DNA of 64,000 nucleotides from a virus. The translations under genes and the position numbers were made by a program. Positions 46,983 through 56,198 of this stretch are shown piece by piece; position 1 is the first letter of the stretch; the number at the start of each line of letters is the position of its first letter. The stretch covers positions 12,802-76,801 of IMG/VR virus record IMGVR_UViG_3300030110_002054, one strand, 5' to 3'. The notes beneath the pieces are model-generated. The model made no database searches. It was not told the origin of the DNA and saw nothing but the letters and a program-made list of their open reading frames with translations.

Positions 46983-49598
46983 GTGAATATGCCTCAGTCC
47001 GGTATAGAGTTTGAAAAGAAAGAAAACGCAATGACAAAGCGTGTTCTTGATTTTTTTGAGAGAGTGCGTTATGCATATCTATCTGCTAAGGATGACCCCG
47101 AAGAATACAGAAAGAAATGGGTTAAGGCAATTGAAGACATCAAAGGGGAATTCGATGACATTTCTGATTTCTCTAGAGAATTAAAAGAATACCTAAAGGA
47201 AAAAACACTTTTTTCCGAAGAAGCCAAAGACCCCACTACTAGGCAAGCCAAGGAAGTATATGACTCAATTAAAGAAATGCGATTTGAGTCTAAGGGAGTT
47301 AGTGACCCATTCTCTAAACAGTTAGGTGATGAAGTCATACCCACGCTTTTAGAAAATAAACACACGTTTGCCGCATTCATTCACTATGCAATGCGCTCAC
47401 ATTCCAATGCAATACCTGAGAAGGCTTGGCAAAAATACAAATTACCAGCCGATGAACTAACACAGGGATTCATGGGATTAGATTTAGAGGAGCGTGATAT
47501 TCCTCTCTACATTACAGAACACTATGGTAATGATGAAACTGATAGTAGAAGAATCAAAACCAAGTTTAAGGAAGCCTTCAAGATTCTAGAAAAAGTATTC
47601 AATGGTCAATATGAGGAAGAAGATTGGGAGAATCTCGTTGAATTGGATTTACAGAAATCAGAAAAGAGCGCAGATGAAAAAGCAGAAATTGATTTTATCG
47701 TTCCCAACAAGCCAATGTATCGTATCTTTGAGATTGCGGATTTGAAGAAACTCAAGGGGTTCACAGGCGAATGGGTAGTTCAAGAGAAATACGATGGCAT
47801 GAGAATACAAATACACAAGACAGATGGTAATGTGAAAGTTTACTCCTACAATGAAAAGGACATTACTGACAAGTGTAAGAAACAAGTTGCTCAAATGGAA
47901 AAAAAGCAGTTTGGTGATTGTATTCTAGATGCTGAACTATTATTGTTTGATGGTGATGAGGCACTACATCGTGCTGCAACTGTTACCCACATCTTCAAGA
48001 AAGAAACGAAGCATAGTCTAAGAGCGCACGTTTTTGACATAATGAATCACGAAGGAAAGTCTATTGCAGACGAACCACTCAAAGAAAGAATAAACATTCT
48101 CTTCTATCAATATGGTCAACACTCTTCTGAGGATTTGGCATTCCCATCAAAGAAAGATACGCGACTTGCTGATTCTCTTGATGAGGTCGAGGAGTATTCA
48201 AAGAAAATTATGGAAATGCCAACTTCAGAAGGAGTGGTAATCAAGGACATGGAATCAACCTATTACATCGGAAATAGAAAGAACCCGAAGTGGGTTAAGT
48301 GGAAGAAGTTCGTAGACTTAGATGTAATAGTCTTAGATGTCAAGAAAACCAAAAGTAACCTTCATTCCTACTCATTGGGCATAGGGCCACTATCAGGAGA
48401 AGAGACTAGAGAATACAAGACTCAAGAAATTGATGGGAAAGCATACATGCCCGTAGGTAAGGCAATGAATACTAAAACCAAAGTCAAGGTTGGAGACATC
48501 GTTAGAGTAAAGGTAGATGAGGTCAAGAAAGGAAAGAATGATTTCAAACTAATTTCTGCTCAAGTGATAGAACTACCTGAAGTAGAAACTACTGATAAAA
48601 TTGAGACACTTGAAGAATTAGCCACGAAGACAAAGAAATCCTTAGATTCGGGAATGCACTATGTTTTCGGAGATAAGATAGGCGACTTGTTCAAACCTGA
48701 TACTGGCCTCGATAAAAGTCTCCATATCACCGACCACGTTCATGGCATAGCAGAAGTCATTCTAAAGGGTGAATTGGATGGTTTCACCATTTATGGTTTC
48801 AAGGGTGATTCGCTGATGGCGAAGAATGCTCTTTACGATATTGAAAAATGGAAGGATGACCTTACTGGAATTTTGAAGACAAAGCGTTCTGAATTAAGAA
48901 TAGGCATCCGTAATGAAATCATAGAAAGAGGAAAGCCATTGAACATTGACAAGATAGAAGAATTCGTTGTAACGAACTATCCCAAGACATATGATGAATT
49001 GTATAATTCTGATGATGGCCGCTTAATGTCATGGCTGAAACAACAGGAAGACCTAATCTATGAGCATCCAAATAAGTTCGATGCCAAGAAGGATGTGCTT
49101 GAGAAGGATGTTGAGATAAAGAAAAGACAAGAGACTAACAAGTTCGATGACAAATCTAGCAACCTCGGTGAATTTTCTGTTGTTCTAACAGATGATAATA
49201 ACCTTAACTTAATTATCAATTACAGAGATAAGAAGATGGCTTGGCTATTGGATATAGAAGATAGTGAAGACATATACAACTTATTTGGTAAGTCAGGTAA
49301 ATTCCCTGCTATGGTATTAGACAAAGTGGGAACTGCGAAAAAAACCATAGATAAGGGGGAACTTGAGATAGGGGTACAAAGAAATGGTTATCATGAATAT
49401 AGACTAGATGGCAATAAGTTCCAAACTAGATTGCATATACGAATAGTCCCACTTAATGAGCAAAAAAGATGGTTGGCATGGACTGGAAAGAAACAGGAAA
49501 TGCTAGACCGCAAGGCAGATGATGGTGTTTGGGACATTACTGAAGATAAGTATGCAGATGTAGAGTTACCTCCATCTGAAAACGAAGACGCTAAATAG
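46983..49598 (+). CDS. Multidomain ATP-dependent DNA ligase located in the head module
   Basis: Motif I QEKYDGMR, ILDAEL, HVFDI, SEGVVIKD, WVKWK..DLDVIV and an OB domain. Additional N-terminal domain and a C-terminal LigD phosphoesterase-like domain. Confidence 0.9.
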   Translation: MNMPQSGIEFEKKENAMTKRVLDFFERVRYAYLSAKDDPEEYRKKWVKAIEDIKGEFDDISDFSRELKEYLKEKTLFSEEAKDPTTRQAKEVYDSIKEMRFESKGVSDPFSKQLGDEVIPTLLENKHTFAAFIHYAMRSHSNAIPEKAWQKYKLPADELTQGFMGLDLEERDIPLYITEHYGNDETDSRRIKTKFKEAFKILEKVFNGQYEEEDWENLVELDLQKSEKSADEKAEIDFIVPNKPMYRIFEIADLKKLKGFTGEWVVQEKYDGMRIQIHKTDGNVKVYSYNEKDITDKCKKQVAQMEKKQFGDCILDAELLLFDGDEALHRAATVTHIFKKETKHSLRAHVFDIMNHEGKSIADEPLKERINILFYQYGQHSSEDLAFPSKKDTRLADSLDEVEEYSKKIMEMPTSEGVVIKDMESTYYIGNRKNPKWVKWKKFVDLDVIVLDVKKTKSNLHSYSLGIGPLSGEETREYKTQEIDGKAYMPVGKAMNTKTKVKVGDIVRVKVDEVKKGKNDFKLISAQVIELPEVETTDKIETLEELATKTKKSLDSGMHYVFGDKIGDLFKPDTGLDKSLHITDHVHGIAEVILKGELDGFTIYGFKGDSLMAKNALYDIEKWKDDLTGILKTKRSELRIGIRNEIIERGKPLNIDKIEEFVVTNYPKTYDELYNSDDGRLMSWLKQQEDLIYEHPNKFDAKKDVLEKDVEIKKRQETNKFDDKSSNLGEFSVVLTDDNNLNLIINYRDKKMAWLLDIEDSEDIYNLFGKSGKFPAMVLDKVGTAKKTIDKGELEIGVQRNGYHEYRLDGNKFQTRLHIRIVPLNEQKRWLAWTGKKQEMLDRKADDGVWDITEDKYADVELPPSENEDAK

Positions 49599-49610
49599 TA
49601 AGAAAAAAAG

Positions 49611-50855
49611 GTGGGAGAAGTGTTACTGCAAAAGAAACAACATATAACGGAGGAAAGAAGTGGGAATTTTCAGATTTTAAAGTCTGATAATCTAGTCATT
49701 GGTGGTTATGCATCCATAGAAATAGTAGACAAACAAAATGACCTAATTACATTAGAAGCACTCTCAGAAGCAGTAACAAAATACATGGAAGACCAAAAAT
49801 TCAGAAATGTAATGTCAAATCATTCAAATGTCCAAGTCGGGGAGGTAATAGAAAAATACCGAGATAAAAACGGAAATCTACACAAAACAGAAGTGGATGA
49901 CGTTGGATTCTATGTAGTAATCAAGATGCGCGATGACATCGAGAAGGCTAAAGAAATCTCAAGAGGTATCAGAAAAGGAACGCTTCGGTCTTTCAGTATA
50001 GGTGGACAGGCAATCTCAAAGAAGCAAAAGAACAATTCTGAATTTGGACAGTATAATGAAATAGATAAGTTGGAATTACATGAAGTTACTATCTGTGAAA
50101 AGGGGATTAATCCCGAAGCGAAATTCGACATTTTGAAAATGGAGGACAAAAAAATGAGTGATAAACTGGAAAAAGCACTTGGCGAGTTGAATGATTTGGT
50201 AGCCCAAATCGGCGGCATCGACAAGGAAGACGACATAAGAAAGGAAGCGGAGTATATGGACACCGATGAGGAAATGGACGATATGGACATGGACGATGAG
50301 GTAGAAAGCATGGATTCTGAGATGAAGGCTGATGAAGATGCAGAAGCACCCGATGACGAGGAAAAGGCTCTTGACGAGGATGAGACAAGAGAATTTGAGG
50401 CTGGCGAGGAAGTAGTTAGTGGCGGAAAGCCAACTGCTGCACCTGCTGCACTCGGAAACGTCAACAAGGGATTAGAGGCATCTGATTTCCCAACTCTCAA
50501 CTTGACTGCTGAGAATGTCGAGAAGGCATATGAGCAATACAAGGCAGAGCAGTTGGAGAAGAGGGCTTTTGATTCTCTATCCAAGCAGTTTGAGAACAGA
50601 CTGTCCGAAGAACTAGCCGTTAAGAAGGCTAACGCAGAAAGAGCAGAGTACGATGCTCGGACTGATGTTGCTGGTCTAAAGGCAGAGTTCGCAGAACTAA
50701 GGAAGTCCCTCTCCGAGAAGGATACTGAGATTCGCAAGGCAAGGGAAGTAGCATTTAGCCTTCCTGAAGGAGTACCCACCGATACTGAGGCTGCGGCTGA
50801 AGTTTCATGGGATGATATCCACACCTTTGCAAGAAACATGAACAGGAGTGATTGA
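49611..50855 (+). CDS. Prohead protease (HK97/U35-like) fused to an acidic coiled-coil scaffold
   Basis: IGGYAS..IVDKQND, MSNH...VG, RSFSIGG, LHEVTIC..GINPEA. Acidic coiled-coil C-terminal half. Directly precedes the MCP. Confidence 0.9.
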   Translation: MGEVLLQKKQHITEERSGNFQILKSDNLVIGGYASIEIVDKQNDLITLEALSEAVTKYMEDQKFRNVMSNHSNVQVGEVIEKYRDKNGNLHKTEVDDVGFYVVIKMRDDIEKAKEISRGIRKGTLRSFSIGGQAISKKQKNNSEFGQYNEIDKLELHEVTICEKGINPEAKFDILKMEDKKMSDKLEKALGELNDLVAQIGGIDKEDDIRKEAEYMDTDEEMDDMDMDDEVESMDSEMKADEDAEAPDDEEKALDEDETREFEAGEEVVSGGKPTAAPAALGNVNKGLEASDFPTLNLTAENVEKAYEQYKAEQLEKRAFDSLSKQFENRLSEELAVKKANAERAEYDARTDVAGLKAEFAELRKSLSEKDTEIRKAREVAFSLPEGVPTDTEAAAEVSWDDIHTFARNMNRSD

Positions 50856-50857
50856 AA

Positions 50858-52252
50858 ATGACAGGATATATACGAACGATGAAAGATTTGGAAGCCGCAA
50901 CATACGGCGTCCGTGGCGAGAATGGTAATGCCCTGCTAAAGGCTGGTGGCGTTGTTGGGGGTTTCGGAACTCCTCACGATGCTGGTTCCAACCCTTTTAC
51001 AGCGGCTACTGGTCTAGGTGACCTATACAACCTGCTTTATGGGCAGAAAGTTTGGTCGATGCTAAACCAAGAGGTAAACCCTCTCTCAATGATTGCAAAG
51101 AGGCCATACACCTCATCAGGTTGGAGAGTTCTAAAGGCTCGACCAATGGGTGGTAGCGGTTCTGCTTTCACAGTAGGGTCTAACGATGTAACGAAGACCA
51201 TGAACTCTACTCAAGCCGCCACACCAAAGCCTGACCAAATTGGTGGTATGCCGGAGAATGCGGCTCTAGGGACTGCTCCCTTTACTGCAATGGCTCCTGA
51301 ATACACCAAGTTGTATGTCAGCCCAAAGACGATTGCTCATCTATTTGAGTTCTCGGAACTTGGTATGGAGATGGCTGCTATTGATGACGGTGTTGGAGAT
51401 ATACGCTCAATCGTCCGTGAGGACATGGGTAAACTCCACGCTGAGGTTCAGAGCAAGATGCTACTAATGCCTCTTGAGCAGTATGACCAAACCGGAATTA
51501 CCAACATGGATAGGAACTACACTTCTCTAATGAAGATAGTTTCGTCTGCACAGGAAATCGGGAAGATGATGGAAGCAGACCTTCTAGTAACTGCTGGACA
51601 GGACAACGATGCAACCGCACCTGCTGATGACGTAGCAAAAATCTTCGGAGATGCTAGGGCAGTAACCAAGACTGGAAGTAGCGGTTCATTCGTCTACACC
51701 GGAACTGCATCTTTCCTAGATGCTGAGGTTGATTTTGGTGGCTCATACGAGAGTGCATCAGATGCTAGGATTCTAACCCTAAGCATACTAAACGACATGA
51801 TTCGCAGACTAAGGCAGAATGGCGGTAACCCAAAGGTTATCCTAACTGGATACGATACCATCCAGCATCTATCTGACCTTCTACAGTCGCAAGAGCGATT
51901 CATGGACAGGAAGGAGATTGTACCAACCCACAACGGAGTTCGTGGTGTGAAGGGTGCAGAAGTTGGTTTCAGAGTAGCGACCTACTACGACATACCCATC
52001 ATCCCTGCGAAGGATATGCCGACCACATCCAGCAACACGACCAATACCCTAAGCGACATACTGATGCTAGATACGGACCATCTGTGGCTATCAGTCATGA
52101 AGCCAACTCAATACTTTGAGGATGGAATTACTTCAGGTAACCCATTCGGTGTTGGAACTCTTGGGAACCAAGGCATGTACCGAACAATGGGCGAGACATG
52201 CTGCTCCTTCTTCAAGGGCCAAGGAAAGATTACGAACCTAAAGAGTGCTTGA
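50858..52252 (+). CDS. Major capsid protein (HK97 fold)
   Basis: Follows the protease/scaffold, ~464 aa. NQEVN..S..KRPY...GWRV, PKTIAH.FE.SE, YYDIPIIP and C-terminal GKITNL. Confidence 0.85.
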   Translation: MTGYIRTMKDLEAATYGVRGENGNALLKAGGVVGGFGTPHDAGSNPFTAATGLGDLYNLLYGQKVWSMLNQEVNPLSMIAKRPYTSSGWRVLKARPMGGSGSAFTVGSNDVTKTMNSTQAATPKPDQIGGMPENAALGTAPFTAMAPEYTKLYVSPKTIAHLFEFSELGMEMAAIDDGVGDIRSIVREDMGKLHAEVQSKMLLMPLEQYDQTGITNMDRNYTSLMKIVSSAQEIGKMMEADLLVTAGQDNDATAPADDVAKIFGDARAVTKTGSSGSFVYTGTASFLDAEVDFGGSYESASDARILTLSILNDMIRRLRQNGGNPKVILTGYDTIQHLSDLLQSQERFMDRKEIVPTHNGVRGVKGAEVGFRVATYYDIPIIPAKDMPTTSSNTTNTLSDILMLDTDHLWLSVMKPTQYFEDGITSGNPFGVGTLGNQGMYRTMGETCCSFFKGQGKITNLKSA

Positions 52253-52266
52253 TTGGGGTTGATTAA

Positions 52267-52626
52267 ATGACACACACAACTGTCATCCACACCAATCATC
52301 TAGGTCTTGCTGCCTCTAAGGTACAAGGCTCAGAGTATGTGGTCGATGCTACTATTGACATCAGCGCATACACCGCACAAGGAGAAGTAGTGACTGCATC
52401 GGAACTAGGTCTTAGTTTCATCAATTGCGTCCTGATTACCGGACGAGAAGTTGATGGCGCACATAAGATTCTGAACGATGTCGGCGTGAAGATTGCCGCC
52501 GAAACCGGAGTATATGAGAGCAATACGTCTTTCAAACTGGTCAGCACTATTTCCGCTAGTGGAAACGTTGGAGCAACTGACGGAACCACAGGCGCAGTAA
52601 GAATACGCGCATACGGAAACCTTTGA
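52267..52626 (+). CDS. Putative capsid decoration/cement protein
   Basis: 119 aa, beta-rich, immediately after the MCP, and followed by a strong hairpin. Confidence 0.55.
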   Translation: MTHTTVIHTNHLGLAASKVQGSEYVVDATIDISAYTAQGEVVTASELGLSFINCVLITGREVDGAHKILNDVGVKIAAETGVYESNTSFKLVSTISASGNVGATDGTTGAVRIRAYGNL

Positions 52627-52637
52627 GCAAACGTAAA

Positions 52638-52680
52638 GTAGTGCCTTCTTGCCCTAGTAATTTAGGGCAAGGGGCATTAC
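52638..52680 (+). terminator. Stem-loop after the capsid genes
   Basis: GTAGTGCCTTCTTGCCCTAG-TAAT-TTAGGGCAAGGGGCATTAC, an ~19-bp stem with G-U pairs on the plus strand. Confidence 0.7.
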
Positions 52681-52701
52681 CCCCTGTCTGTAGGTGAAAA
52701 C

Positions 52702-53172
52702 ATGGCGAAAGTTAGGTTGAAAAGAAGCAGGGCGAATACCCCGTTGATACTGCAAGGAAGATACGAGATAACGACTAGATTTACGGAGATACCCTTTAGG
52801 GCTGCTCGTAGATTGATTGGAGATTCGGGAGTAGTAATTGAGTGGACGGAGAAAGACCGCCGCGAAATAAAGAACCTTCCAGATTCTAAGCAAAATAAAT
52901 TTGCTAGGGCATTAGGTATGCCTGAAGGACTTCTTATGGAAGAGGCTGCTTTTAGAAGAAAGGATAGGAAAGCAAAGAAAGCGGCCAAGGAGCAAGAGAA
53001 GCAGAAAGAGGCTCCACCTGCAATTGTAGAAGAAAAACCTGCTTTGGAACCTCTTCCCCCTAAACTAAAGGATTTGACGGTCAAAGAACTAAAGAAACTT
53101 CTAGATGAGAGAAAACTATCTACGGAAGGTAAAAAAGCAGATTTGATTAAGAGACTATCGGAGGAAGGCTGA
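52702..53172 (+). CDS. SAP/HeH-domain protein
   Basis: C-terminal LKDLTVKELKKLLDERKLSTEGKKADLIKRL. Confidence 0.8.
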   Translation: MAKVRLKRSRANTPLILQGRYEITTRFTEIPFRAARRLIGDSGVVIEWTEKDRREIKNLPDSKQNKFARALGMPEGLLMEEAAFRRKDRKAKKAAKEQEKQKEAPPAIVEEKPALEPLPPKLKDLTVKELKKLLDERKLSTEGKKADLIKRLSEEG

Positions 53173-53453
53173 TGGGAGGATGTGCTGGTAGTGGGGTAAA
53201 GACTGCTGATGCAGTCGTTCAAGTAGGTAGATGTTCACTACAGGGAATTAAGGCCACAAATGTATCAGGCTCTACATTTACAGTTCAAGTATATGATTCT
53301 GCAACCGCAACTACTTCTGGTAAAGTGGAAATTGCTAGAATGGTTCTAGCCGCAAATGGCTCTCTAGAGTATGATATGCATGGTCGCATGTGTGCTGAGG
53401 GACTATATGTTGATATTACCGGAAGCGGAACCTATTCTTTGGAGTGGGTGTAA
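53172..53453 (+). CDS. Small beta-rich virion protein
   Basis: 93 aa, Gly/Ser/Thr-rich (VYDSATA...GLYVDITG). Confidence 0.6.
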   Translation: MGGCAGSGVKTADAVVQVGRCSLQGIKATNVSGSTFTVQVYDSATATTSGKVEIARMVLAANGSLEYDMHGRMCAEGLYVDITGSGTYSLEWV

Positions 53454-53884
53454 TGCCAAGCATTGACACAGATACAAGGCTAGTAATGACTATCCTTTTC
53501 GTTGGAGCAGTAAGTGGCTCTAACATATTTTGGTATTCACAATATGGAATTACTTTCCCATATGGAGCATTTGAACATGCCATACTGTTTGGCATTCTAA
53601 CTGTTGGAGGCATCATGTGCCTCAAAGCATTCTTTGACTTGTTCATGAATGACTACATCGAGGAATGGCTACTACAGAGGAGAATAGATTCCTATTGGGG
53701 TAGAAAGGCTAGAGAAGAGGAGAACCGAAAGAGGGTAAGAGATTCAATGAGACAGTTCAATCAGAACTTCAATATCGCAACCCCTCCTGCTTATGGTGAT
53801 ACTAACTTCCCTAATCTCCCATTGATAAAACCGGAAGAGAACACGGTTACACCTACATTCTTGACACCTATACAGAATGAGTAG
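53453..53884 (+). CDS. Two-TM membrane protein
   Basis: Hydrophobic segments LVMTILFVGAVSGSNIFW and AILFGILTVGGIMCLKAFF, then a charged coiled coil. Confidence 0.75.
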   Translation: MPSIDTDTRLVMTILFVGAVSGSNIFWYSQYGITFPYGAFEHAILFGILTVGGIMCLKAFFDLFMNDYIEEWLLQRRIDSYWGRKAREEENRKRVRDSMRQFNQNFNIATPPAYGDTNFPNLPLIKPEENTVTPTFLTPIQNE

Positions 53885-53892
53885 GTGTAAGT

Positions 53893-54117
53893 GTGGTAAG
53901 TGAAATCCTATTCGGGATGGATGAATCCACTCTCGCATATGATTTGCAACGAGCGCATTCTGCTGACATTTGGTTTCTCAGGGCTAGATTTTGGTTTTGG
54001 GGAATCGTTGGTTCTCTCACTAGTTTTGTCATAGGACAAGCATTTGCCGTAGCAGGTGTGAATACGCTTTCTATTGCATGGGGCGGCTTAACGGATTTTT
54101 GGAATCATTTGTGGTGA
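53893..54117 (+). CDS. Small membrane protein
   Basis: FWFWGIVGSLTSFVIGQAFAVAG TM segment. Confidence 0.7.
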   Translation: MVSEILFGMDESTLAYDLQRAHSADIWFLRARFWFWGIVGSLTSFVIGQAFAVAGVNTLSIAWGGLTDFWNHLW

Positions 54118-54121
54118 TTGA

Positions 54122-54793
54122 ATGTCAGTTATGGCGGGATTCGCCATACTGCTTGTAGAGGGAATCAATAAGATTTACCAACGTCTTCATGCAATTAATT
54201 TTGGAGTTTATGGTGCAAGCAAAGTAGGTAAGACCACATTGCATCATCAATTGAGAACAAGAGGAGAAGTTCCTACAATTCTAAATAGAACAGAAGGAAG
54301 ACACAGGGCCAGCAGAAAGTATGTAAAATTAGATGGGGATGCTCATACTGTCAAAACTGCTGACATTGGTGGAGAAACTGTTTATTGGAATGAATGGATT
54401 CAAGACATGAAAACTAGAAGGCCAAAATACATTATTTTCATGATTGATGACAGACACATGGATAAGCACTATGATATCGAACAACAATTGTGTTGGACTT
54501 TCTTAGTTGATTCTATATGCTCTTCTCATTGGCATATAGGAAACAAGAAGAAGAAAAAGCGTGACCACGACTTCCCTATTGCAATTGGATTGTGGGCGAA
54601 TAAGTATGATTTATGGAAAGACAAGTATGAGTTTGATGGGCCAATAGAAAAACATCCTATCTTTGAATCATTCAGAAATGGAATGCAGAAATTAAACGAT
54701 AAGGGAATTCCTTGTTTTAAATACATTGTAAGTGCTAAATCTGACTCTGAGATGGTGTATAGAGGAATCCTAACAATGATAAAGGATTACTGA
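54122..54793 (+). CDS. Small Ras-superfamily (Arf/Sar-like) GTPase
   Basis: G1 GASKVGKT, G2 T (NRTEG), G3 DIGG, G4 NKYD, G5 SAK. Hydrophobic N-terminal helix. Confidence 0.85.
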   Translation: MSVMAGFAILLVEGINKIYQRLHAINFGVYGASKVGKTTLHHQLRTRGEVPTILNRTEGRHRASRKYVKLDGDAHTVKTADIGGETVYWNEWIQDMKTRRPKYIIFMIDDRHMDKHYDIEQQLCWTFLVDSICSSHWHIGNKKKKKRDHDFPIAIGLWANKYDLWKDKYEFDGPIEKHPIFESFRNGMQKLNDKGIPCFKYIVSAKSDSEMVYRGILTMIKDY

Positions 54794-54806
54794 GCGAGTG
54801 GGTTAG

Positions 54807-55496
54807 ATGTCAATACAATACCAGCCATCCAACCTGCTTGAATTGCATAGTGACGGAACTAATCCGTTTCTTAATAGATTAGACTCTGCTAGGGCCGCAG
54901 GTGCAATAACCGCATACGAATACAAGAGTACGAAACCAAAGAAGCAATTGAAAGAGATTATCAAAGTTCTAATGCCTGAAAATAAGACATTCATGAAAGT
55001 GCCTTACAGGTTCAAGTATAACATCAAAGATAGGTGTGTCATTTGTGGAACTCATAAAGTATGGGATGGTTCTGATTCAATGCGACCACCTTTACCACTT
55101 CACAAAGTAAGAAAGGGATATCCAATGCGAGGAACTTACTGTGACAAACATGCCGCCATACACAGACAATATGAGATGTTAGAGCAACAGATACTAGCCG
55201 AGGAACATGGTCTTTCCTTTAGCGCATACATTCCTTCTGCTAAGAGTTTAAACCCTGTTAATCTAGTAACTTCGGGACCATTAACCACATTAAAGGAAGC
55301 CGATATTCATTCTTTGTCTTCATTGGGATGGGTTATCAAACCTCCTCAAATGGGTAGTTCTTCTAAGGAAGAGGAACTATACAAACTACTAATCGAGAAT
55401 GAAGGAGTTAGTTCACGAATGAAAGCATTATTGACTGAAGGCGTAGTCGTGACAGATGTAGAAGCAGACGCGACTACTGAACAGGAGGAAGCATAA
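54807..55496 (+). CDS. Zinc-finger protein of the GTPase module
   Basis: CVICG and YCDKH. Confidence 0.7.
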   Translation: MSIQYQPSNLLELHSDGTNPFLNRLDSARAAGAITAYEYKSTKPKKQLKEIIKVLMPENKTFMKVPYRFKYNIKDRCVICGTHKVWDGSDSMRPPLPLHKVRKGYPMRGTYCDKHAAIHRQYEMLEQQILAEEHGLSFSAYIPSAKSLNPVNLVTSGPLTTLKEADIHSLSSLGWVIKPPQMGSSSKEEELYKLLIENEGVSSRMKALLTEGVVVTDVEADATTEQEEA

Positions 55497-56182
55497 TGGG
55501 ACTTTTCGGAACTAGTAATAGTAATCTGATGACACAGATGAATCAAAATAACCAAGGCCAATTCAAAGCAATAAACAATCTATTGACGCTACAAGAAAAT
55601 CATGTGGAAGACTTTTTTCAATATCATGGTGAAACTTTTCTAGCGGCTTTAGCACAATTGATGGAAGATACGGTGCAGAAAGTATTGGGCCAAATGCTAC
55701 CTGAGTTGAAATTTGTAACTAACACGAATGGAGACATGGAAGTATCTAGTGATGCATTAACAACATATGCAACCATAACTGCGGAGAACATACAACTTGA
55801 CTTGCAGAACCTATTAGCGTCTGCAATCAATAGTGAAGTAATAATGCAAAGAAGAATGGCCAAGCAACAGTATCTTGAAGCACAGGGCTTCCAAGCACCT
55901 GCGGCACAGAATCCACAGGTTACTAATGCTGGTGGACTGGACCCAAGCATGATACAAGGTGGAAATGCTTCGGTGGGAATGAACAATACCATGATGCAAC
56001 AACAACAGGCATTCAACAACCAATCAGGATATCCTATTCCACCATCAGGCTATGACAATATGAATAATCCCTATTGGATTGACCCAATGACAGGCCAACC
56101 AACATACACCCCTCCGTCTAGCGGATTAGGTCTAGGTCAAGCATTATCCAAGGGTGTTGCTTGGGCTAAGTGGCTTGCTTAG
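55496..56182 (+). CDS. Gln/Asn-rich protein with a C-terminal amphipathic helix
   Basis: 228 aa with a low-complexity Q/N/P/G region, ending LGQALSKGVAWAKWLA. Confidence 0.72.
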   Translation: MGLFGTSNSNLMTQMNQNNQGQFKAINNLLTLQENHVEDFFQYHGETFLAALAQLMEDTVQKVLGQMLPELKFVTNTNGDMEVSSDALTTYATITAENIQLDLQNLLASAINSEVIMQRRMAKQQYLEAQGFQAPAAQNPQVTNAGGLDPSMIQGGNASVGMNNTMMQQQQAFNNQSGYPIPPSGYDNMNNPYWIDPMTGQPTYTPPSSGLGLGQALSKGVAWAKWLA

Positions 56183-56198
56183 GAGGGAGGCGTAGTGG

